DNA from: Octopus vulgaris
Lineage: Eukaryota
Assembly: GCA_951406725.2 (NCBI GenBank)
Contig: OX597837.1
Span: forward strand, 2,046,001-2,110,000
Length of the DNA: 64,000 bases
Direction: 5' to 3'
Shown: piece after piece, positions 38,491 to 52,006 of the stretch
Layout of the letters: every line of letters begins with the position of its first letter
How positions within the stretch are numbered: the first letter of the stretch is position 1
Notes under the pieces: model-generated
Seen by the model: only the letters and a program-made list of their open reading frames with translations
Database searches by the model: none
Told to the model about the DNA's origin: nothing
Program-made: the position numbers and the translations under genes

Positions 38491-39250
38491 AAGAAGAATT
38501 AGTAAGTTGTCGTTTTATCTCAAAGCATCTTTGATTGAGCTGAGTGATGATCAAAAGATTTCGAACTTTTCTATTTTCTTTGCCTTACTTTTCCATAGGG
38601 TACCTTCTGGGATCTGAGGGTGGTTTGTCTGCTATTTCTATCAATACTAACAAGCACGAACAGGCATACTATTATTTTTTCTTATTATTATTTTTGTTCA
38701 TCATTAAACCTTTGAGGAAACAATTTAGATAGATTACACAAGCTATTGACTTCTCTCTGCTTCATTCACAATTTTTAACGTTTGAATTTTCTAAAGTATA
38801 CATACATATGTGTATGTATATGCCTATATATATATACGTATATGTGAGTGGGTGTGTGTGTGTGCATATGTGAGTGTATGGAGATGTACATATATATGTA
38901 TACATTGACTCATATACGTGTACACACAGACATGTATATATATGCCTATATGCGTGTGCTTATGTGTGTACACATACATGAATGAATTTACTGTATACAT
39001 ACACATTTAAATCTTTATGTATACATACAATGCATTCACACAAATACACACACACATATGTATATATAATATATACAGATAAGTGTACATATACATAATT
39101 TGCATCTATATATGTGTGTATGGATGATTGTATGCATGTATGTAGAGAAGAACTTGCACATCATATAATAATAACCATATAACCATATTATTACATCTAG
39201 ACCTATGGTTTACATATTTTACTCCAGCAAATAACTTATTTTTTGTGAGA

Positions 39251-39289
<39 letters not shown>

Positions 39290-39466
39290 TATAGACATAT
39301 ATATACACGCCCTCACAAATAAAGAGCATATGTATCTATTTAATTGTTAAATGTTTCCGTTTAGAGAAAAAAATATCCTAATAAAGCACAATTTATGGCA
39401 AAACAATCAACGAATAAGTAACCTGGAGATGTTATAGCTACAAAAAACTTACATAATACATATACG

Positions 39467-39531
<65 letters not shown>

Positions 39532-39964
39532 AAACGAACCTTACCTTTGTCAATTATAATTTAACAGAGTTCTGTCGGAACTCTTTAATATACTGCGGGG
39601 GAAAAAAGCGAGTGTAACACCCACAACAATAATAAAATGAGATTATTACATCTACAAAAAGGGAGAAAAAAATGGCTCTTCCTAATCTACTTCTCAACAG
39701 TATATCCTGTCAGTTTACTCTTATTTATAAGGGGAAGCCGGGAGTTCGTTCAGGGAGTAACTCCTATCAAAACATCTTCTTCCTTTCTAACATATGTCCT
39801 TTATCTACGGTATTATCACAGTTTCTGGACAAGGTTATTGAATTAGTTGGCGGTGGTGTGATTCTCACTAAACAGTCTATTTTTTGCGTAATTATGCAGA
39901 ATTTAATATATAAAGCAACAAGGTTACACCCTAAAATTAAAAGTATGTCTATGTGTGTATATCC

Positions 39965-40300
39965 ATGTGTGGTAAGAAATCTCATTTGCAGTTACATGGT
40001 TCCGAGTTCAGTCCCACTGCGTTGCACCTCGGGCAGGTGACTTCTAGTATAACCTCAGGCCGACTAAAGCATTGAGAGTGGATTTGGTAGACGGCAACTG
40101 AAATAAGCTTATTTTATATATGAGCTTGTGTCTATGTGTGCGCGTGTGTGTTTGTGTCTGATCGTCCCTCGACACAGCGTGACAGTCGGTGTTGGTGTCT
40201 TTACGTTGCCATAACAAAGCGATTCAGTAAAATAGACTGACAGAATAAGTGCCAGTCTTATCGGAGCATGATGACCGAAACAAGTAAATGATAAAAGATA
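39965..40300 (+). mobile_element. SINE family B copy (3' part deleted)
   Basis: TGTGTGGTAAGAA...GAGTTCAGTCCCACTGCG...CCTCGGGCAGGTG...GGATTTGGTAGACGG. Confidence 0.8.
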
Positions 40301-40345
40301 AAATATATGCATGATTGTGCTTGTGTGTGTGTGTGTAAAAAGTAA

Positions 40346-40793
40346 AGTCAATCGCCACATCAAAGTGGCTGTTCCATGTTACCACTAGTTTAATTCCAGG
40401 CAGATCTTCTACCAGCTGGTTATCGGTGCGGCGCTGCACCCTTTTATACAATGTATATTGCTAGCAGAGGTTGCGAACCCCTAGCATCCTCTAGCAGACA
40501 ACAGGATCACGAGACTTACAAGTTTCTAGCTGCTTGGCTCATCTTCAGTCGCGAGTAACCGGTCGTCAGAGCGATTCACAGAGTCCACTCCAGCCAGCAC
40601 CATATTGTAAACAAAGCGACCATTGGTCACTGATTCGCATCATGCAAAATAGCTAGTTGCAAAATCTCAAGAAGAGATCAGATTTGTAACTATACTAACA
40701 AGCGCAGTTAATCCACATCCAAGTGGCTGTTCCGTGTTACTATTAGTTTAACCCCAAGCAGATCTTCTGCCAGCTGGTTATGGGTGCGGCGCT
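40346..40793 (-). mobile_element. Candidate retrozyme or Penelope-like pLTR unit: ~358-nt monomer with ~88-bp terminal redundancy
   Basis: Direct repeats at 40346-40435 and 40706-40793 enclose a complete hammerhead. No ORF of note. Confidence 0.6.
40508..40553 (-). ncRNA. Complete type I hammerhead ribozyme motif (GUC site)
   Basis: CGCGA-CUGAAGA-U(G)AGC(CAAGCA)GCUA-GAAA-CUUGUAAG-UC-UCGUG. All core bases are present. Stem I is 5 bp with one G-U. Helix III is ACUU/AAGU with a 2-nt loop. Confidence 0.85.
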
Positions 40794-40804
40794 AGCTAAC
40801 CAGC

Positions 40805-41557
40805 TCGAAAGAGATTATCTTTTCATAGACGAAGATCAGTTGCAATAGGAGGAATTGAATCTCATAAGAGTGGAAAAACAAACAACAAGAAATGGGTTGT
40901 TCTTTATAATGACACTCTTTTAAGAGCATTCAAATGCTACTGCAATGTTGAGATCGTTGCCTCAGGTAAATTATGTAGGTCATGAAGCACATTCAGAAAG
41001 GAAATGACCAAGCTGCTGGTCAAGTAAACAAAGGTAAAGAAATTAATCAATATCTAATGGATGGGTATATTGGACCATCCGATCGAGTTGCAACCATTTT
41101 AGGATTTTCAGCCCATGAAAGAGCACCTGCGATAGCGAGACTGCAAGTTCATCTTCCAGATGAACAAAGAATAAAGCTCATAAATTATGAGGCTATATAT
41201 GGCTTTCAATGAACGACATATGAGAACAACATTGACAGAACTGTTTTCACTGTGCATCAATGATGACTTTGCAAAGACATTGCTTTATGCTGAAGAACCC
41301 GTGTATTTCACTTGGAACAGTAATAAGAAAGAATGCCAAAGAAGAAAGCAAGTGAAACAAGTTGAAGTTCATTTGAATATTTTCAGAGAAGAAACACTTG
41401 GTAGTGTTTATGTTGTCACACCAGAGGCAGGAGAACTGCATTGTTTAAAAATTTTATTGCATGAAATTCGAAGTAGTATTATTTCCTTTCCCGCAGCGCA
41501 TCGACATTTCCAACTTGGAGTGGTTGTGACCCATCGGGTCACGGCCGGTACATCTAG
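40805..41557 (+). mobile_element. Internally deleted Helitron: RepHel fragment plus canonical 3' terminus
   Basis: NKWVVLYN...NVEI, KGNDQA...EINQY...HERAPAIARLQVHLP, TTLTELFSLCINDDFAKTLLYAE.PVYFTWN...LKILL. A GTGACCC-ATC-GGGTCAC hairpin (41526-41542) lies 11 nt before CTAG|T (41554-41557). Confidence 0.9.
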
Positions 41558-41619
<62 letters not shown>

Positions 41620-41920
41620 AGAGTTAAGGAATGGAATAGTTAAGGAATTCGGGCTACATATGTTTCATTGTGAGCGGAACTTCGGAAGTGGTAAATATTC
41701 AGGTTCATCGTCAGACCAATGTTTGATTCTTCTGATCGATTCTTCCATGTGTTAACAAGTATCTCCTTGCGTCAGTGCAAACTTTCATTCAACCTACATA
41801 CCCTTGGCCTGACGAGCAGCCTGCAGTATACACCTCGCTTGGATATTTACCACTTCCGAAGTTCCTCTCGCTAAGGAACATATGTAACTCGGATCTTATC
41901 TACTCCATTCCTTAAATTTT
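41620..41920. repeat. Diverged inverted repeat with hammerhead-like motifs carrying an expanded domain II
   Basis: Minus 41652-41717: GGU-CUGACGA-[41 nt]-GAAA-CAUAUG-UA-GCC. Plus 41806-41890: GGC-CUGACGA-[~59 nt]-GGAA-CAUAUG-UA. Abuts (TA)n. Confidence 0.6.
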
Positions 41921-43095
41921 GTATTCTTATTCGCGTACCTGCCAACCATGGTCGTCTACCGTGAAATAGAAAAATAACTTTTTTCCAGTTTATCTTTCTT
42001 CGATACGAACAAATCTACAACCTTCCATCTCAGTAAACCACAATTGTCCCTGAAAGTTGTTTTTTATATTTACTACGGATCGGTTGACGCTAACTTTCTT
42101 CCTACACTTCGATCCTTGGATCTTAAATATATACACACACATATATATGTATATGTGTGTGTGTGTGTGTGTATATACGACGGGCTTCTTTCAGTTTTCA
42201 TCTACCAAATCCACTCACAATGGTTAGGTCGACCCGAGGCTATAATAGAAGAAACTTCGCCAAGGTGTCATGCAGTGGGACTGAACCCGGAACCATGTGG
42301 CTGGGAAGAAAGCTTCTTACCATACAGCCACGTTATCACCTATATGGTGAATGTGTTTGCAAATATGTGGGGGGGGGGGGTGTAATTAAACCATAAAACT
42401 ATAAATACAGGATTTTTCAGAAATAAAAGTTATTCCTATTTTGCTGCTTCTTCTGCAGCTGGTGTCACTGTTTTTTGTCTTTAAGCTGCACAGTTGCCAC
42501 CGCTTCAGTTGTTGTTCGTGTTCTTGTTGTTTGTTTTATTGCTGTTATTATTTTTATTGTTGTTACTGTTGCTGACTAAATTCAATACGTAAAGTATCCA
42601 TAAGTTCTTAGTTGGAGATTGTCTCCTTCTTTATGGGAAAATAAGCAAGAGAATAAAACCAGGAAGGCATGTAAAACAGACGTTTCTCCAAGATGAGATT
42701 TTAATGTCGCAACGGCCAGTAATATATTCAAAATTTCAGGAACATAAAAACGAAATAAAGAAAACACAAATGTTTTAAAAAATTTAAGAGAAGGAAAAAA
42801 ATCGGAGAAAATATATATTTTTTATTTTAAATAAAATGGTATTGTGTTCAATTGTTTCAGTTTGAGGAAAAAAATTATTCATTTATTGACAAGATGTTCT
42901 ATGGAGCGTACCACGTGATTGATCAATAGGCGCCATGATGTCCAAGCTAGACTAAAGGACGCAAGTGGATGTATGTATATGTATATAAATATGTATATAT
43001 ATATATGTATCTACGTATGTATATATATATATGTATCTATGTATATAAATAGATGTATATATATATATTTGTATCAATATATATATATATAAATA

Positions 43096-43142
<47 letters not shown>

Positions 43143-43234
43143 GTATAAATATATGTATGCATATATATATATGCGTATGCATGAAAATATATACATATAC
43201 ATGTAGTGATATTACATATGTCTAAATATGTGTG

Positions 43235-43275
<41 letters not shown>

Positions 43276-44249
43276 ATAGTTATTCATATGATATAAATCT
43301 TGGCGATATACACTTGCGTATACATAAATATGTAAATATGTATATTTATATGTTTGGATATATATGTGTGTGTGAACGTGCCTAAAAAGTACGTGTTTAT
43401 TTGTACATAGAGATATATATGAATATACATTTATACACATGGACAGACACAAATACACACACCCGCACATTCACATATATATATCTACACATATGTGTGT
43501 GTATGTATACGCACGCATAAATCTTTTATACATACACTAGTATACACGTAAATGCGTGAGTGATGGTATGTGTGTGTTTAGAAAGAATTTATTAAAACTT
43601 GGAAAACAAAAATAATATTCGGACCAATATTTAGGAAAGCAAAAGAAACCAAAAATAACGGCCATAGTGACATTCTGCAGAATTAGATTTTCCTGGGAAT
43701 ATATAAGTATTTTTGGATATGTATCTAATATATATACATACATACAGATATACATACATACATACATAGTAATGTGTGTATGTATGCATTTACATAAAAA
43801 TTACATGTCTATACATACGTTTAAATTATATATATATATACATATACGTATATACGTGTGAGTAAATATGCATCTTCATAAGTTTAAATTATATATCGAT
43901 ACATACAAAGTCACACATACATACATACATATATATATATAAGTATGTATGTATGTATGTTTGAGTATATATGTATATATATATGCAACTATGCATCTAC
44001 ATAAAAATTAGATTTTTATATGTACGTTTCAATTATGCGTATGTATTTATTTTTCTCTATATAATCCGTTTATTATACATACATTTTGCATGCACACATA
44101 CAGACATATATGCATACAAACGCACAAACATACAGGTATGTATATATGTGTGTGTATATATAAATATATATATATATATATAAATATATGCATATATATA
44201 TATGCCTATATATATATATGCGTATATATATATATATGCATATATATAA

Positions 44250-44588
44250 ATGTATCTATGCATATATATACATATATAGACACGTGTGTGTGTGGACATA
44301 TATATATATATATACATATAAATATATATATATACATATATATACATATATATATACATGTGTGGACATATATATATATATATACACATATACATATATA
44401 TATACATATATATATACATACATATATATATATCTGTATATACATGTGTGTGTACATATATATAAATGTGTGTACATATATATATACATGTGCGTGTACA
44501 TATATATATATAGATACATATACATATATATATATCTGTATATACATGTGTGTGTGTGTGTGTAAATATATATATATATATAAACACG

Positions 44589-44636
<48 letters not shown>

Positions 44637-45042
44637 ATTACATACATATATAGATATACTTAGAAAGAGAGCAATGTTAATAGGTACTAGCTATAGATAT
44701 TTATGTATATAGACACACATATATAAAGATACATAGACGGAAATATACGAGCATAGAAATACGTATGTACATTTAAAAAATACAGACGTATGTATATACT
44801 ATATAAATGTGTGTATGTATATATTTATACACATTTATTTTTGCATTTGTCTGTTTATGCTGGCCAGTATATTTATATAGTATATACATACGTCTGTATT
44901 TTTTAAATGTACATACGTATTTCTATGCTCGTATATTTTCGTCTATGTATCTTTATATACGTGTGTCTATATACATAAATATTTATAGCTAGTACCTATT
45001 AACATTGCTCTCTTTCTAAGTATATCTATATATGTATGTAAT

Positions 45043-45107
<65 letters not shown>

Positions 45108-45266
45108 TTATATATATATATATATTTACACACACACACACACCCATGTATATACAGATATATATATATGTATATGTATGTATGTATATATATATATATA
45201 TGTACACGCACACACATGTATATACAGATATATATGTATATATATATATGTATGTATATATGTCTG

Positions 45267-45317
<51 letters not shown>

Positions 45318-45408
45318 GTATATGTATGTATATATATATATCCACACACACACATGTATATACAGATATATATATATGTATGTATATACATATATGTATA
45401 TATAAATA

Positions 45409-45410
<2 letters not shown>
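44250..45410. repeat. Large inverted duplication in a TA/CA microsatellite field
   Basis: Unique arms 44633-44808 and 44871-45046 are near-perfect reverse complements around a 62-bp spacer. The mirrored pattern continues into the flanking microsatellites. Confidence 0.9.
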
Positions 45411-45448
<38 letters not shown>

Positions 45449-46622
45449 GTATGCATATATATATATATATATATATATATAGGGAGAGAAGAAGAGTGAG
45501 TCAACATTTCGATATTATGTACATGAAATCATGAAATCTTTTTTAATAACGTTTACATCGTTTAACGATTTTGATTTTCCGTTTTGTCTTCATAAAATTT
45601 AATGCTAAACCGAGGAAAAGTGATGGAACAGTGAATTAGATTTGGAGAAAAAAAGTAAATGCTAAAGCATCTATGACATTCATAACGATATAAGCAACGA
45701 TCACGCTTTTCGTCCGTATTTGTAAGTTCAAATCCCGCCGAAAACAACGGTGCCTTTCAGCCTTTCGAGGGTGAAGGAAATAACGTAGCCTTTAGGTAAT
45801 GGTGTCAATGAAAAAAACTAACTTCCTCTTCATGGAATAACTGACCTTATTCCTAAATCACAAACTTTTGATTCTTTTGGGGGTCGATAAAATAATTACT
45901 AGATGAGTAGTTGGGTCCATGTAATCGAATAATCCCTTGTCCGTAAGATTGCTGGTCATATACCAAAACTTTCAAAGAAGGCCTATATCGATTTTTGCCT
46001 GACGTCCTTTCGGAATTCATAATACTTTTGGGATCGACTTGCCCCTTCTTCAAAATTTCAGTTCTTACACCTATAATAGAAAGGTTATCTATTATGAGCT
46101 GACGGAAACGTTAGCACGCCGGACAAAATGTGTAGCGGCATTTCGTCCATCTTTATATTCTGAGTTCAAATTCTGCCGAAGTCCACTTTGCCTGTCATCC
46201 TTTCGGGGCTTGTGCCTATTGTAGAAACCCTGGCATGAACAGTACCTGTTTCGAGGGCCTTCACGTTACACAATATATTTGCTACCTAAACGACAAGAAT
46301 AGCAATATTTATTTCCAAATGCAGTGAATAGTGTCTTCTCGAAGTTTCTGACCACACAGTTTGCTGGAAATACCAGGGGTTTGGTATTCATTTCCGGACA
46401 TACGCTTATGTATACTTATATGTATACATACATATATATAAGTAAACAATAATATTACATAGTAATAATGTGTTTTGAATGGCACAACAGCGCACTGTAA
46501 TAACAACAATGGACTATAATAACTGGTGTAATTTGATCATCCCAGTATCTGATATAATATTTCGGAATACAAAAAATCCTTCAGTTATCCTTAGGGATTG
46601 ATCGAATCACTGCTACAATTTC

Positions 46623-46664
<42 letters not shown>

Positions 46665-49487
46665 ATGTACAGAGAGAGATGATGAAATAGCGGCATATGC
46701 TGACGGAGTTCTATCTGCCCTACTCTCAATTAATTAAGTCTCTGACTTTGGCTTTAATTTGCAGTCTTCATCTCCCCATCATCACATCATACAACACTTA
46801 TACTGAAGCAGATGACAAGCCACTTCATCCTTTGCTATTTTTCCTTGAATACGGACCGTCAAATGCTACCTACACACCACCCACTCACCCACGCAGCCCA
46901 GATTTGATAGGATAAACGAAGACCGCAAAAATCTTACCCTCTTTTAGGACTGTATAAGCCCTGTTTATTAAACTCAAGTATTACTTATATCAAGATAACA
47001 CCACCACAAGAGCCCTATGCACACAGAGCACTCAGTTGGGACACCCACAATGGTTCCAAAAGCTGGAGCTCATTCGAAATGAGGATCATTCTAAGTGAAA
47101 TGACATTTTTTTCCTAAGACCGCATCCTAAATCTAGCACTTCTCTTGAAGATCAGTAAAACCATTTCAGTCTCTGACATTCTACAATGTTTAAATCAAAC
47201 CCGCATTGAATTCAGAGTACTGCGATATACGGGACGGTGTTGCTGCTGGATAAATAGGGATCTCTGGACGCATCAACAGTGGGAACATTCGACTAATTGA
47301 TATGTTGCATTCTCTAGCCTAAATGTATGCTATTTCTCCTATTTCACTCTTTCCTTTCACTACTAAAATGGCTTTCTGCTCCTCGGAGCAAGCTGGCTTC
47401 GTATCTTCACGGTTAAGATAACAATTTCGTTCAACCTGCCCTTCCGCGGACCGACAAACCATGCCGAATCCTTCTTTTCCAGGTCATCCCGCCTCCCTGC
47501 TCATATCTGTCCTACTAGAGTTTAAACGGAGCAGCAATAGTATCAACTACACCGGTTACGGAGAGCCTGCACAGGTCGCTCGTATTATCACTTTCTCTGT
47601 ACTTAACAAGCAGAATATGAATGCATGTATGTAAACACACACGCATTCACACAAAGACATATACAAAGGCACGCACATAAACAACTACGAAAGGTTAAAG
47701 AAGACTACTTTATAAGTACTCTAAACCCGAAACTGAACCGGCAATAATCAACGTTACTATTAAAAAGAATGTCCTCATTACAAATTACCTCATAACACGT
47801 GTATTTGAAAAGAAGTAAAGAGTGAAAGCGCCTACATATTACGAAAGACGTCTTTCCAAAACATGTGTGCCATATTATACATATGTATGTACGCAACAAT
47901 TTTGAGACAGGAGATCAGTCGACCTAAGTATTTGGCTGGGTCTTTATATTATCGGGCATTAACGGGCGAAAAACCGTATTTGACCTCGGTGAGATTCGAA
48001 CAACTGGTAAATAGAGGGCAGAAATACCACGAGGAATTTTGTCCGACATTCAACCAATCCAGAAATTACTACGGCAACAATAATAATACTAATAACAACA
48101 ACAACAACAACAACAACAATGATAATAGTAACAATAATAATAAAAACAATAACAACAACAATAATAATAGTAACAGTAATAATAACAATAGTAGTAGTAG
48201 TAGTAGTAGAAGTACAAAAAATGAGGGAAACAACAAAGTTTTATATTTATAAAAAGGCTGAAATGGTTTGAAAGTAAAAGAGAAAAGCAGATGGAAGGGG
48301 GCTTGATGGCCGCCACCGCCAGCGGGTGTCTGTTTAAATTGCTCTGAAGAGATATACATATGATCCATATAAACGCTCACACAAGCATATAGATATATAT
48401 ACATACATACGTACATACATACATACGCACATATATATGTATGTATGCTTCTACACACATGCAAACATACATTTGTAAATACATATATGCGTTTGTGTAT
48501 ATATATATATATATATATATTTATACATACATACATACATATGTTTATGTGCGTGTATGTGTGAATGTATGCATTACGTATTAAACTGAATATATATACA
48601 TACATACACACACACACATATGTATACGTTCATATATTTATACATATAAATGTATAGCGCATCGAACCATACGTACACGCACACACACACACACATACAT
48701 AGTAACGGAGGTGGAAATTTTTAATGATGTTGAAATGGCTTCAGTCTGCGTCCAAAGAGGAAATGTAAACAATCGTCAAGAATATAAACAACAACAACAG
48801 CGACAACAACAACAACAACAACAACAACCCCACTGTGATCAAATGCGAATAATCACAGAAACACACATACACACACACACAAACACTCAAGACTAATTGT
48901 CTGCTGTTTTATTCTTTAGGCATTACTCAGTGTACCCTAACACCGTAACATACCCCCATTACAACCCAACACTCACTGACTGAATATCCATATCCAGCCA
49001 CCCACGGCAAGTACCCGAACTGCACACTTCAAATGTGTAGCCACTCTAATAAGCAAACCTTGTTTAAGCCGGTTTACATCTTAATTTGCCGGACGAAGTT
49101 CTTTGATGGCGATTAGATTTCTCACTTGTTTCTGAAACACAACTGACGTTTCGTCCCCTCTTCCCCTCGTCCTGTCTTTTACTCCTCCTCCTCCTCCTTT
49201 TCTCTCTATACATTTCTCCCTATTACTCCATCTCTCAAACACACACACACACACACACACGCACGCATACACACAGACGCACAGTCTCTCTTTCTTTCTT
49301 TCTTTCTTTCTCACTCTTCTTCTCTCTAATTTCTTTCTCTCTTCCTTTCGTTTCCTTTTTCTTTTATCTCTGTCTTTCTCTCTCACACACACACTATCGA
49401 TGTGTTAGTCACGGCTGTGTAGACTGGTCATCATTATCGTGGTTGTTGTGGAGGAACTAGTAGCAGTGGCTGTAGTAATAGTAGTAA

Positions 49488-49562
<75 letters not shown>

Positions 49563-49716
49563 CGGTGTTAGTAGTTGTTGATGTTGTGGCAGCAACAGTA
49601 GTTGCCGGTGGAGTGGTGGTGGTGGGGGGGTTGATAGAAGGAAATGGCTGCCATAGAAGACGAGTTAATTGGTATCATGAAAATACCATTATCGTTACTG
49701 AGTTTATATTTACATG

Positions 49717-49779
49717 TAACGGGTATGTGACGCGTATCTGACGCGTATCTGACGGGTACCTGACGGGTACCTGACGGGT
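49717..49779. repeat. 11-bp tandem repeat (TGACGSGTAYC), ~5.7 units
   Basis: TAACGGGTATG, TGACGCGTATC x2, TGACGGGTACC x2, TGACGGGT. Confidence 0.9.
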
Positions 49780-50489
49780 TTGTGCCGATATGGCGGGCAA
49801 TGGCTATTGAGCAGCTGATGTTGATAATGATGATGTTATTGCGGTTGCAACCTTTGATGTAACTGATTTTGTTGTTGTTGCTGTTGTTGTTTTTATTATT
49901 TTTGTTGTTGACTTTGTTGTTGTCGGCCATGAATGTGCAAGTCTAGGATCAAATGCAATCTATTCGTGACCATCCAAACTGTTACCCTTGCGAAAAGAAC
50001 TCAGGTCCACGTTACTTGATGTGTCGTCTCTAAAATGGCTGGAAAATGAAGTTTTTGGTTTCCTTGTTTCGCTTCTCACAATGAAAACTGAGCAGTTGTT
50101 TGGACGACCCGAGTGTTGTGCCTGTTGCTCCCTTAAAACTAGCAGCCTCCGGGATTTGTTCCCTTTGTTGCTGCTTTTAAACTTTTATTTCTCCTGACAG
50201 AAACCCTTTAAATAACTTGTACTTCCTCATGTGTAGCAACTAGGCCTTCTACCTTCAATATCGTGCTACAAGACTTTCTTCTTAAACCCTCTCAACATGA
50301 TACAATGCTGATAATGTTTTGTGATCTTGTGGATTCATGATAAAAGTGTATGTTCGTGCCGAACATATGTTGAACCATATATTGCCGAAAATTACGTCAT
50401 CACAAAATTACCCCAGAGATTGACGGTATCATCGAAGTCTTTGATGCTGACTTCTGTATTTTTTCCTTCCTTAATATTATGGAAGTGAA

Positions 50490-50820
50490 GGTGCATGGCT
50501 CAGTGGTTAGGGTGTCGGGAACACAATCATGAGGTAGTGAGTTCAATTCCCAAAGCGGACTATGTGTTGTGTTCTTGAGCAATACACTTTATTTCTCGTT
50601 GCTCCAGTTTGTGTAGCTGTAGAATTGAGTTGCGACGTCACTGATGCCAAGCTGTATCGATCTTTACCTTTCTCTTGGATAAAATCGGTGACATGGAGAG
50701 GGGAGGCTGCTATGCTCGGGCAACCGCTGGTCTTCCATAAACAAACTTGCTCGGAATTATGCCTTGGAGGCGAACTTTCTAGATGCAATCCCGTTGTCGT
50801 CCATGACCGAAGATGTTCTT
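50490..50820 (+). mobile_element. SINE family C copy
   Basis: GCATGGCTCAGTGGTTAGGGTG...GAGTTCAATTCCC...CTTGAGCAATACACTTTATTTCTCGTTGCTCCAG. Confidence 0.75.
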
Positions 50821-51938
50821 TAATATTGTGCCAGGTGAATCTCGTACAATTTCTGTTTGCCCTTTAGTCGCGTTCTCTCTTTTAAAATGCCGCATATGAT
50901 GCCCTACGCCGTCTCTGTCCCATTGAAGAAGTGTTCGCTTTATGTGTAAGCCAGAGCTATGTCCAGTTTTATGTGAGTTAGAATAAGAACAATCTCGTCC
51001 TGTGCAGAACAGACGTACGTTACACCATTTTTGCTTGCGGTAAACTTTGCAAGGCGTGGCACGCTGGCGCGCGGACAAAATGTTAGCGCGCTTTAAGTCT
51101 TTCAACAAAACGTCTCACAGTGAGCACCTGTATTGTTCTACTTGATGTTGTTGCAGTTGATGTTCATGTTGTTGTTCTTGTTCTTGTTTAGTTGTTCTTG
51201 CTTTCGTTAAACATCTTTCCTATAATGTCATGATTTTTTGATGAAATATTTTATTTATTGTTTTGAAATTTGTTTCTTAATAAGGATATTAATATTTTCC
51301 TTACATTTTTTGTAAGCGTTTATTTATTTATTTATTTATTTATTTATTTTTTACTGTAATTTCTTTAGGACACGTTTTTCATGTAATACGAAAGCAGTTT
51401 ATACCTGGAATTGCACGTTTTAATAGAATGGAAATATCTAAACAGAAAAAAAATTACGGACCTTCGCTGTTTGAAGTCCCTGCTTGAAATAATATCCAAA
51501 GTTAATAGGAATTTCTAGATACACTTCATTTTTCCATATCAGAATGAAGTCAGTTATAAATAATGATGATGATGATGATGATGATGACGACAACAACGAA
51601 AGACAATCATAATTAAAGTGTCTAAAAGAGGCACAAGGCCAAATGCATGTGGATAGGTGGGGAAGGGGGAAATCGATTGTATCGATATTAGGACTTGTCT
51701 GCTTCTATTTTTGAACAAACCAAAAGGAAAGAAGTGAACATTGGACGACGGTGGGATTTGATCTGAGAATGTAAAGGAAAGAAAGTGAATACGGCAAAGA
51801 TGAAGATGTTGACGATAGCGACAATGATGATGGAGATTCTTCCTCTTCAACTTTTCCTCCTCTCCTCTTCCCCTTCCTTTTTCTTCTCCTATTACTACCA
51901 CCACCACTACTACAAATACTACCACTTCAAAATCTACT

Positions 51939-52005
<67 letters not shown>

Positions 52006-52006
<1 letters not shown>

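Noticed and set aside
46740-47570. Possible decayed LINE coding fragments (also 20705-20950 and 50850-51110)
   Set aside because: No diagnostic motif could be read with confidence by eye.
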